Made by a program: the position numbers and the translations under genes. A stretch of 64,000 nt of DNA, taken from Geosiphon pyriformis uo1. Taxonomy: Eukaryota > Fungi > Glomeromycota. How positions within the stretch are numbered: the first letter of the stretch is position 1; each line of letters opens with the position of its first letter. The notes under the pieces are model-generated. The model was not told where the DNA came from. It did no database searches and saw nothing but the letters and a program-made list of their open reading frames with translations. The stretch spans positions 1 to 64,000 of the forward strand of contig JAAOMT010000070.1 in assembly GCA_016748015.1 (NCBI GenBank). Direction: 5' to 3'. Shown piece by piece: positions 50,320 through 61,408 of the stretch.

Positions 50320-50740
50320 GTCCAGTTGAACCAAAACCATTGGTTTCTTTTTCACTTTTTCCCAATTGTTCTCTTTGACTGACTAATTGTAAACCTGAAA
50401 TGTTGATTAAGGGTAAATAAATAGCTTAAGCAATTTTTTTGGTATGTTCAATCTGAAAAGGTTTATTAGTTTCATTTTGTAACATGATTGTAATGTCTCC
50501 TGTATATCCAGCATCTATGATTCCTCTTCTAACATTGATTCTTTTTCTTGCCAATGATGATTGTAAAGCAATTTGGACCATTGCTCCTGGTGAGATTTCA
50601 AGGGCAATTTTGAAGTTGATCTTGGTAAAGAAATTTGGTTGAAGAACCAAAGTGTCTTTTCCTGGATATTATAGATTGTATCCAGCATCAATTTTATGTG
50701 CTTTTTTGGACTTTATTTCTTGTTTGTTGTTGTTGAAGTA
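50320..50740 (-). pseudogene. dut: dUTPase domain of family A
   Basis: Trimeric dUTPase motifs: DAGY(D>N)L, (R>Q)SS, GIIDAGYTG, KIA(Q), GFGSTG. Confidence 0.92.
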
Positions 50741-50859
50741 TTTGAGCTGTAAAGCAGGCTGACTTTTAATAAGATAAATGGGTGTCATTTCAATTTCTTC
50801 CGTTGCTTTAGGTTCACCAAATTCAATTTCATATTTGTCACTTTCACTGGGTAATGGAA

Positions 50860-51490
50860 TGCTAAGGGCATAGCATTCAGGACACCATTGTTCATCACAA
50901 GGCATTATGCATTCCTCACATAATTTAATGTTTATTTGCTCTAGCCATTAGGCTTGAACTTCTTTGGTCAGGTAGATGTGACTTGCAATTTGATGATACA
51001 CTTCTACTTCATTTTCATAATTGAATCCAGCTAATTTCAAGGTATATTCAATATATTCAGCTTCTTTCATTTGAAGGACATCTTCTTTGGTTCCTTCATT
51101 AATTAAAACCATAGCAAGTTCATAGATTATTTCGGCATCATGGGAGTAATAATGGAGTTTGTTGAGGATGATATTGTATGCAGCATTGAAAGGTGTTCTA
51201 TGTTTTACTTTTTTTGCAATAGAAAGAGCATATTGGCAAGTTTGATCGCAGACTCTTCCTCTAAATGCAACATCAATCCAGTCACATTCATTGAGAAGCT
51301 GCTTTCCACAAGTAAGACAGGGTGTTCTATCCTATTTTCTGCTTCTTTTGATCAAGTGGCTCCATCGTTCTCAATGGCAGGCCTTGCAGTAGTAGCAGAT
51401 ATGACTTTCATATTCTTCCTCAGGTGAAATACAAGCTCCCATTGATAATAGTTTTTTGTGGCAGTCTTTACATTTAAGGGGAATATAGGA
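50860..51490 (-). other. Cys-rich putative multi-zinc-finger domain between protease and dUTPase (family A)
   Basis: CKDC..CKAC..CLTC..CDQTC..CEEC..CPEC; same pattern at 56690-57320 and 37090-37740. Confidence 0.75.
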
Positions 51491-54141
51491 GCATTGTTTT
51501 CTTGGTTCAGGCTTTGAGTAAGAGATATTCCATCCAGGGGTTTTAGGTTCAGAGTGTGGAGTAAAATGTTCTTATTTAGTTTCCTCGGCCCAATTGGACG
51601 TTGATCCAAAAGCCATAAATGTTTTGATTATTGGTTTTTTTTCTTCTGGTTTGAATTCAAAAGCTGGGGCTTTTTCAGAGCATTTGTTGAATGTACCACA
51701 AGTGGCAGGTACTCGAGCATATTGTCTTTGGTAAGAGATTTGTAGTTCTTGGGTTTTCCAGTCTAATTTCACATTGGCTTTTTGAAGCCAGTCATTTCTG
51801 ACAAGGGCTTGATACTGAGGAGCATCCATTATAAGAACTTTGACTGAAATGATGATTCCATCAAGAGTGAACGGAAAATTGTCAATTTCTCCTACTGGAG
51901 TCTTTTTCATGCTATCGGCAGTAACAATTACTGTTTGAGCTGGTTGGTCAACATTTCTCTTTAACTGTTGCATTAACTGATAGGTAATAATGCTTCCAGC
52001 AGATCCACTATCTAGGATCAAGTGAATTGTCTTTTCTTTGACTTCTGCTTTAGTGTACATAGCAGTGATTGCTTTTTGTTTGTTGGCAGCTGCATTGTTA
52101 AGCAGGAATGGTAACTCATTTGCTTTGAACTTAAAAGGAAATATATCTAAAAAGTTGGCATTTTCAGCAATTCTGGCTGGTGGGATTGTGGTAGAAGTAT
52201 AGGAAGGGTTTTGTTGTTGTGCTGTAGCTCTGCCTTCCAAGAGTGCAGTATGGTAAAAATCTTGTTCTTCAGATATTGTAAGATAGCTAAGTTGAGTATG
52301 ATAATGGGTGGGTCTTGGCTAAGCTGGATTTTGGGAAACTAATTGGTTATTTGGGTTAATTCTGTTGTTGTTTGTTGTGAATCGGTTTTGTGGTGCAAAT
52401 TGGTTTTGTTGAACCAATCTTCGAGCAGGTACTTGGTAATGTTGAATGGGTTGTCGATACTGTTGTTGCATTGGCTGTGAAGCAAGTTGATAGTAGTCAG
52501 TTTGATATTGTGGTCTTGGTGGATAGTAAGCTGGTGGTAGTGGTAATTGGTAATAAGATTGTTGTGGTGAAGGATAACATTGATTACTCCTGTTTTGTTG
52601 GTCTCATTGTAGCTTTCTGCAATCTCTTTTCCAGTGGCTAGGGTTTCTACAGTAATGGCAATTCTAAGACTGGTTATTAAAGAATGATACGAAGTTGTTT
52701 TGATTTCGTCTTTGGGGTGGTTGATATCTTTGGGGTTGCTGTTGTTGTTGATTGGTGAAATAGTTTTTGACTTTCTTTGTGAGTTGGTCAATTTTTTTTT
52801 CAGCTGCTAAGCTGGTCTCTCCAATGGCTAAGTTCACAAGTTTTGTATGATTGGCTTCTTCCATAGCCATTTCATATCTCTTTGCATACTAAATGGCAGA
52901 GTTTAAATCTTCCAGAGCATGTGAGTGAACCTTTTTAATCAGTTTATCCTTTAAACTAGCAATAAATTGATCCAAAATTTGAGCATCAAAATAATAATCA
53001 TTAGTTTCAAGTTGGTGAATTCGTCTGAGAAGTTTGTTGAATTTCCCAATATAAGTCATGACAGATTCAGAGGATTTTTGTTTGATATTGTAAAATGATT
53101 TCAAAGTGTGATTAAAGTGTTGTTATTGGTGAATTGTTCTAGGAAGGCAGTTTTGAAAGCTGTCCAGTCATTAAAAGAGGTGGTCAAGCTTTCGAACTAT
53201 TTGCCTGCTGTTTTTTTAAGAAAGTAAGGAATTGTTCTTAACATTCTGGCAGCATTCCATCCATTTGCATCTCCAGTTTTAGTAACTTGGTCAAGCCATT
53301 TTTGGGGACTGGTTTCAATATCTTCTCCATTAAATTCAGGGATTTTTGCGATATATGCTGTCATTTTGTCTTCTTTGTTTTCACTGTCTATTGATTCTTC
53401 TTCAGATATTTCAAAGTCATTTTCTTCATTCGCTGCTGTCTTAGAGTGTTCACTTCTATTTTCAGCTAGAAAATCAAGGAGATTGGAACTAGTTTGAAGA
53501 GGTTCTTGTTGTCTGGTGGGACTTCTGGATGATGTAAAATTTTCTAGTCTTGCAAATCAATTTAAGGGTGAATTAGGTGTTTGTGCTTGTGCAAGTGAAG
53601 CTGGAAAAGGTGTGATAATAAGTGGAAGTTTTGAACTGGTTCCTTGCTCAGGTGTTTTTAAGTGTTTGGCTGTTGTTTTTGGTAGTATTGGAGTATTTAA
53701 GGTGGTTTTTGAGTATTGCTTCAATTTTTGTTTGCCTTTGTTGCTTGTTTCTGTCTCTGATTCAAAATCAATAGAGTATTGAGACTGCACTGGATAGGTT
53801 TCTTCACAGTACTTGATAATGTTAAAATTAAGTTCTTAAAAGTAAGTGGCAAGTGTTTCACTGTTAAGGTCTTTAGTTTCCAACTGTGAATAGTGTACTA
53901 AATTATTGTAAAGATTGCTTCTAACTTCTGAGATATTGTAATTTCCAAAAAGATAATTGTTGATGCGGTTTTCAATGTATTGGTATACTGATTTCTTGAC
54001 AACTTCAATTCCGTCTGGAATGTTGAATCTTTGCTTGCAGTGAGTGTAAATTGACTGGTAATACTCTAGAGTTATTACATCTGGTGTGATTGCCACTTTG
54101 AAGTTGTTTTTGCTGTGTTATTTCTATGAGAGAGCACCAAA

Positions 54142-55119
54142 TGTTACCAGAGGTTTTTGGTCTCTTCTTAGCTCTTGTATGTTTGTTGTAATGTTGTTAA
54201 TTCATGACTTATGGGAAGTGTTTGAACCTCTGATAACTGAATTTTATCTTCAAATTATCTCCTATAATTTGAACTGCTGGGCTTATAAGTGGAATGGCCA
54301 ATTCTGTGCCAGTTGCTTTGTGTAGTTACATTGTAGTAAACGTCAACTCTTTCTCAGAAATTGCTTGTCTAAAAGCTTACTAAATGTGTGTAGTTACTTT
54401 GCTGTGAAAGTCAACTCTTCTTCAGGAATTCTTGTCTGTAAACTACCCAAATAATTTATAATAAGAAAAGAAAGAGAATGAAAGAAATGTAAAAGAAAAG
54501 TAAAACTGGTGATTTATGGAAGTCGTTTCGGATCCAGGTCTGGAAGTGCTTTAACAGTCTACTGAAATTGGTAGCTAATCAATTTCAAACTGTTAGTAGG
54601 AATTGGTTAATTTCAAGGGAAATAATTAAGAATTTGGCTTTTCAAATTTATTTGATATTTTATTTTGTTTTTGTGTGTGAAGGGTGATTCTAATTGTTAA
54701 ATCTGAAATAAGATATATTTTCTCAAAGAGAGAAGCTTTTTTTTTATACAACTTGTTGTAACACTATTCTATAAACTTGAACTTTGCTATTTTCTTTAAT
54801 TTTGCTGAACTAGAGATATATTTTGGCAAACTACAAGTTATTTCTGCAAACTATTAGATATTTTGGTGAACTATCAATTATTTTGGCAAATTTCTACAAA
54901 TTTCAGTGAATTTTTTGAATGTTACATAGTTCGGGGTATTGCATGATTGATTATCACAATTAGGTTACATTTGTGTTATGTACAAATTGGGTTATTAATT
55001 AAATGATAATTTCGAATATTTTGCTAATGTAATAAGTGATAATTTGAAATGCTAATTAATGATAAGAATTATAAGGATAATTTCATGCTAAGCAATATCT
55101 CTAATTTTGTCTGGTAACA
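54142..55119 (-). repeat. Family A 5' LTR
   Basis: TGTTACCAGA..TCTGGTAACA; PBS adjacent. Confidence 0.95.
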
Positions 55120-55375
55120 ACAATAAGAATATTGCCTGTGCTATTTTTTTATTTGGTTCTATAATATAGGCCTTTTCTGAGTCATTTTGTAACATGGCAA
55201 TGATATTTCCTACGTATTCCGTGTCAATTATTCCTCCTCTTATATTAATCTCTCTGTTTGCTAAACTACTCTGGGATGCTAGTTGAACCATTGTTGTTGC
55301 TGGGATTTCCAGCACTATTTTCAAATCAATACAGGTGCGTGAATGTGGTTCTAATTTGATGGCATTTTTTTCTGG
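55120..55375 (-). pseudogene. dut: Core of the B2 dUTPase, isolated between two family A insertions
   Basis: LAS(R>Q)SSLA, GGIIDTEYVG, KIAQAIF (ORF 55088-55324). Confidence 0.9.
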
Positions 55376-56365
55376 TGTTACTGGAAGTTTTTGGTCTCTT
55401 TTCTGTAATGTTGTTGATGCCTGTTTGCTGTGAATTTACGTTTTCTGAATGTAGTTAAACCTCCAATAACTGAATTTATCTTCAAATTATCTCCTATAAT
55501 TTGAACTGCTGGGCTTATAAGTGGAATGGCCAATTCCATGCCAGTTGCTTTGTGTAGTTATGTTGTAGTAAACGTCAACTCTTTTCCAGGAATTGCTTGT
55601 CTGGAAGCTCACCAAAATGTGTAGTTATTTTGCTGTGAAAATCAACTCTTCTACAGGAATCTTATCTGTAGGCTACCTTAATGATTATGATAAGAAAATA
55701 AAAGAAAGAAAATAAAAATAAAAAATGTAAAAGAAATAGAATTCTGTCAAGGGAAACGTTTTCTATCCAGGTTTGGAGTCACTAACAGTTTACTGAAATT
55801 GGTAGCTAATCAATTTCAAGACATTAATTGGGCTTTGGGGATTTTCCAAGTGCAATAATTAAAGAATTTGGTTTTTTTTTGAATTATTTGATATTTATTT
55901 TTTTTTGTGTATGTAGGAATGATTCTAAGTAATAAATCTAGAGTAAGATACATTTTCTCAAAGAGAGAAGCTCTTCTTTTATACAACTTGTCATAACACT
56001 ATTCTATGAATTTGAACTTTGCTATTTTCTATAATTTTGCTGAAGTAAAGATACATTTCGGTGAACTACAAGTTATTTCTGTGAACTATTAGATATTTCG
56101 GTGAACTATCAATTATTTTGGTGAATTTCTTACAAATTTCGGCAAACTTTTTAAATGTTACATAGTTTGGGGTATTGCATGATTGATCATTACAATTAGG
56201 TTACATTTGTGTTATGTACAAATTGGGTTATTAATTAAATGATAATTTCAGATATTTTGCTAATATAATAAGTAATAATTTGAAATGATAATATATGCTA
56301 ATTAATGATAAAATTTATAAGGGTAATTTTATGCTAAACAATATCTCTAATTTCGTCTGGTAATA
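55376..56365 (-). repeat. Solo LTR, family A
   Basis: TSD CTGG/CTGA; frame DAGFDLKYP(G)K restored on removal. Confidence 0.93.
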
Positions 56366-59300
56366 CTGAATACTTCAAGTCAAATCCAGCATCAGTATTA
56401 TGCACGCATTCTGGCATAATACTTTTATTATTATCGCTGAACCATTTTAGTTCTTGTTCCTTGGTAAAGTCAGAAAGCATGATATATTGTTTATAGTTTG
56501 AGTCAGAGTTTGAATTTGAGTTGATATTGTTGTCATTGTCATTGCTATTTTAAACAAAGCTGGAACTATTATTCTCATCGTCATCATTGTTGGAGTTTGA
56601 ATCAGGATTGAATGGTGATTCTGACTTCGATGTACAGCTATTAATTGGTCCTTCCTTTTCAGGGATTGTGTAGATCATGCATGGTGGTGGATTGTAAATG
56701 AGGTCACAATTGTCACAATATTTAAAGTTACTGGGAATTAAACAATGGCGACACAGTCTTGTATTCAACTGTGCTAGCCATTGTTTTTGCTCTTCTTTAG
56801 TGGGTGCCAAGTTTTGGTAGTGTTCATAGAACTTTTCTGGTTCCAGGAAATTTATAACTGGCTCTGTGTCCCAATTAAGCTTGATGGGTTCTAGTGGGTT
56901 GTTTTTAATTGTCCTGATTTCTTCTGGTGATGCGCCTTCAATTTTGGCAATTGCCATTCACCATAATTCATTGTCATCGTGTGGGCAACTGTTCAATCAC
57001 TGTACAGCTTTTCTCCAGGCGGCTTCTATTGGTGTCCCTTTCTCAACCCAGTTACTGATGAGGATTGTGTATTGGCAGGAAACATTGCACGTTCCTTCTC
57101 TCCCAGGAATGTTGTTCCACATTCCTTCGTCAAGGAGAGTTTTTCTACAGGCTAAACATGGTGTATTATCTCATTTTCCTACTTGCTTTGGTCTTCCAAA
57201 ATGTTTGACAAGGCATGCGCAGCAGTAGAACTTGGTTGCCATCTAATATTCTTTGTTGTTGCCACAGCATGCACCCATTGATGACAATTTCTTGCCACAA
57301 TTGACGCACACTAGTTTGGGTCAGTGATAGGTGAATTGTTGTGGTGTTGTGTTTTGATAGGAGGTATACAAGTTTGTTGGCAGTGGCTCTTTTTCTTTCA
57401 CTTTTTCTTTCTCTTGGTTGCTTTCTTTCCATTCCTGGCTTGGTGTCAGTTTTCTTTTATCATTGTCAGTCCAGGTTAGGTCATCTGTTTCCCAGGTAAG
57501 TTCTTCTCTTTGCTTTCCCTTTAGGTTGTTATCCTACAATAGTATTGGTGGTAGTTCGTAGTGGTCTTTGTCATCAGTTCAAGTGTCAATAGTAGTTCTA
57601 CAGATAGGTTCTTTTCTTTGTTCTTCCTTTCCATTGTTATCATCGTCCCAAGTGAGTATTGGTGGCAGTTCATTGTGGTCGACGTCAGCCCATGATGCTT
57701 GGTATACCTCCCAAGTAGGCTTTAGTTTTTCCTCCTCGAGGTCAATAAGCAGTACTGATGTTGTAACGTAGTTAGGTTTGAAATGGCCACATGTTGCTGG
57801 TACTCATGTGTGTTGGCCATTTTGGTTGAGCTGGAGCTCCTGTGTGGTCCAGTCAAGGATGGCATTGTTTTTAAACAACCAATTATTGTCTACTAATGCT
57901 TGGTATTAAGTTGCTTCCATTACCAAAACTTTAATAGGAGTAATGATGTCATTAACTTCAATCAAGAAGTTGTTAATTTTACCAATAGGCATTTTTGTGG
58001 CACCATTGGCAGTAATAATTCTAGCGCTGGCAGCTCAATCAACTCAGTAATTTAATTGATCCATGAGTTGTTGTGTGATGATGCTGCCTGCTGAACCACT
58101 GTCAAGGATTAACTTGATGGAGTGGTCATTGACTTTTGCATCAATGTACATGGCAGTGATAGGTTTTTCTTCCAGAGCTGCTCTACTGAATAAGAAAACT
58201 GACATAACTTCCTTGAGTTCAAATGGAAAGATGGCTGCTAAAGACTCGTCGTTAGTGATAATTACTGGTGGAATGTTATTGGTACGTATTGTTGGTTGTT
58301 AATCGAGTTCTGGATTGTTGGAGGTGACATCTTCTGGAGTAACCAGGAGACTTAAATAGTTCTGAGAATTCGGGTTTTGGGTGGAACTGATACTTAAATT
58401 CCATTGACAAGATCCTAATTGCTGGCCTGATGAACTGGGGATCAGTTGATGAACAATCATTGCTGATCTCCAGTTTTGGGTGATTCTGGATCTTGGGTTT
58501 CTTGACGTTATTGTAGCTAAGTTTTGGTGCAGTGTTTAAACTTGTTGGGATTGATAGATTACTGGAGGCTGCGGCTGATAAATAACTTGTGGCTGCAGTT
58601 GATAAATTGTTGGTGGCTGTGGCTGATAAATTGGCAGTTGATATATTGTTGGCTGATAAATTGGTTGCTGCGTCATAGACAGGTAAGCATTTTAATATTG
58701 CTCTTGATTGGATTGGTGATTCAGAGTCTGAAACTGGCAATCAGAGTTTCGATAATAATTTCCCAATCATGAGTTGCTATAAATATGACAGTTTGTCCTA
58801 ATATGCCCTTGTTTACCACAGTTGTAGTAGACACGTGTTTCTGGCTGTCGTGATTAATTAATAGACAATCCTAGATATGATTGATTCTAAAAACAATTCG
58901 CATTTCCTAAATCATTACGTTGTTGGAGTGGCTGATAAATTACACGATTGTCAGCTAAATAGTTTTCTAATTTCTGATTGATGTTGTCACTGAATTGTTT
59001 TAGCTTGGAATCCAGGTTAGATGATCTGTTTATTACTAAATTCACAGCTTGGGCATGGTTAGCTTCTAACTTGGTGGCTTTAAAATCTCTGGCATGAGTT
59101 ACAGCGGTTGAGAGATTAACTGGATGCATTGGACATACTCACTGGAAGATGCTACTGCACAATCCTCAGATGAATTGGTTCAAGATCTGTGGTACTGTAA
59201 AGTAGTCAGCTTAGATTGCCTGAATTTGGTGCAGATTTCTATGGAAGCATCCCAAGTAAGTGGTGACTGCTTCTGTGACTCTTTGTTTGATGGTAGTGAA

Positions 59301-60473
59301 AGTACTTGCCAAGCAGTTGATGCTGTTATTATTACTAAAATACCTCAAAAATTCTAATTTGAAGGCATTAAAGTTTTGAGGTTTCTGGGCTAAACTGTGA
59401 TATCAAGAGTCTGCTGTGTCTTTGAGAAAATAGAGGATGACTTGCATGGTTCTGGCATCATTCCAATTATTGGCAGTAATTGCTTTGGCAACGTCATTGA
59501 TCCAGGCTTGAGCATCATTTTCTTTGTCAGTGAATTTCTCAAGTTTGGCTATTGGTGCATATGCTATTGGATCTAAGTTGGATTGTGGTGGTTGTTGAAA
59601 TGATATTAGTGATTGTTGAATCTGTTGGTGTGGTTGTTGTGGTGGCTGGCCAATCGGTTCAACTGGTGGTGGGTTAATGATAATAACGGGAGGTAAGTCT
59701 GGTTGATTAATTAGATTGGAGTTCTGATTGTTCTGATTTGGTAGTGGTTGAATATTCGGAGTTTCAATTTCTGGGTTTTCTAAATTTAAATTTTGCTGGA
59801 TTTGAAGATTCGGTGTTTCCACTTCCAGGCTTTCTGTGATCGAATTCTGATAAGTAAATTCTTGATCTTTCGATTCTTTTTCCTCTTCTTCTTCAGATAG
59901 TTCCTACGGGGTAGCAGTTCCAAAGTCTAGTTGAGGCAGCAATGATCAAATTCCTAAGGGCATTGGTGATTGCAATTTAAATCCTTCGAAATATTTACCA
60001 TATGGTCCTAATAATTCTGTTGATAAAATGTTGATGACGCTTCCAGGTATATAGTGATAAGATAGATTGGTTGGGGATTCAACCCTTGTTTTCTTCCAAG
60101 TGGATAATTGTATCCTTTTAGGTATTATTGCTGGGGTTTGTAGTTTTCCTTTGCCTTTATTAGCATATGTAATTGGATATCTTTGTTGGGTGTGATGTTC
60201 AATTTTTTTGTTAATCTTAGTAATAATAGATGCGAAGTTATGATTTGTTGATAGGTTGGTGTTTTGAATTAATTCTCTATAGAAAGTTTCTCTTGCTGAT
60301 TCAGTATTCACTGGTGTTCCTAACAAAGAAGAAATTTTTTCATTAATGTAGAAATTAAAGACTGATTCGGTGAATATATGATTGGGGTTTAATCCCAAGT
60401 GTTGACAATAGTGTTGAAATAAGAATTTCACAAATCCTAAATGGTTTGCTTCTATATTTTCTAATTCTGCCAC
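56366..60473 (-). pseudogene. B2 polyprotein 5' part: Gag extension, capsid, knuckle, protease, Cys-rich domain, dUTPase motif 1
   Basis: ORFs 59946, 59403, 58887 and 56550 in one frame; (C>Y)YNCGKQGHIRTNC; LILDSGSAGS; DAGFDL. Confidence 0.92.
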
Positions 60474-60535
60474 TTTTGGATGGTGTTTGTTGGTGCTGGT
60501 TCTCTGTAGGATTATACCTTATAGGGAGCACCAAA

Positions 60536-61408
60536 TGTTACAGGTGATTATTTGGGGTCTTAGGTCAAATATCAAATCTGTAACTTGGTGCTCAAAACTA
60601 CTCATGTTGTTGATAATATTTTTAAGTGGTTGGTATCTGAAGGTTTTTTAAATGAGTCCTTTGTATAATAAACAGAGATTCAATAATTGTTTTATCCGTA
60701 GCTTTCCAGACTTGCAAGTCTGTCAATTCTTTTTTCAGCTTGGTGGCCAGCAATCCTTTGGTAAGTAATCCATATTTTCTGTATGTGTTCTACCCACTCG
60801 TAGAGGTCTTTTACCAGACAATTCTTGATGTCAGTAATCAGCACTTTTAATCAATCGGTTAGTGTACAGTAACAAAATCACAGAAAATAAAGAAGTAAAA
60901 AAATATAAAGAAAGATAAAAGAGAAAATAAGAAATAAGTCAAGACAATTTGCAAGTTAGTATCTCATCAATAGCCATGATCAAGAGCTATTGTTCCAGTG
61001 TGGTTAAGTATCAATTACTATCAACATAAAGTGTTGATAGTAAAGAGTGAATTTGATATGGTAAATAATTATTTATTTGAGGATTGTAGTAACTAAGCTA
61101 AGAATTCTTGGTGTCGATTCTGTCTTTTCTGCTTTTAATGCTACTGCTATATATACATATTTGAAATTTCTCAATTCTTCAATTCCTTGTGACAGAAATC
61201 CTGGAATTCCTAAAATCCTGCAATTCTTGATGAGAGAAATCCTGGAATTCTGGAATCTTGCAATTCCTTGTTGGAGAATTCTGAAATTTCTGGAATCCTG
61301 CAATTTCTCTGAGAGAAATCTTGGAATTCCACATTTACTATGTCTATATCTGATTGGCTAATATCTACTGACTAATAATACTATATTTCCTATATTCTAT
61401 GAGTAACA
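60536..61408 (-). repeat. B2 5' LTR
   Basis: TGTTAC..GTAACA termini; followed on the minus strand by PBS TTTGGTGCTCCCTAT; TATA-like TATATA and three ~40-bp U3 units. Confidence 0.95.

Larger units (their letters stand above)
48480..54096 (-). pseudogene. Family A gag-protease-Cys-rich-dUTPase-RT-RNase H polyprotein
   Basis: Capsid-like region (53364-52890), knuckle CHYCRNPSHWKRDC, protease LILDSGSAG, dUTPase, RT, RNase H ending NVDCLSRMRQD*; ORFs 52664, 51572, 50669, 50426 and 49652 share one frame. Confidence 0.93.
45230..55119 (-). mobile_element. Ty3/Gypsy family A element, full length, inserted in the B2 dUTPase
   Basis: LTRs 45230-46207 and 54142-55119; PBS 54128-54141; PPT GAGGAGGAGATTA; TSD ATGG/ACAA (inferred ancestral ACGG); B2 frame AIFL(P)LIKIA restored on removal. 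Confidence 0.95.
40373..61408 (-). mobile_element. Ty3/Gypsy family B copy 2 (B2), full length, inserted antisense in the B1 integrase
   Basis: LTRs 40373-41165 and 60536-61408, TSD CCAG/TCAG, PBS 60522-60535, PPT 41166-41180. Confidence 0.95.

Noticed and set aside
58276-58740. Separate S/T/A-rich gag ORF implying a gag-pol frameshift in family B
   Set aside because: The knuckle, the Q/P/Y tract and the protease read in the same frame as upstream gag; this ORF is an alternative frame of the repeats
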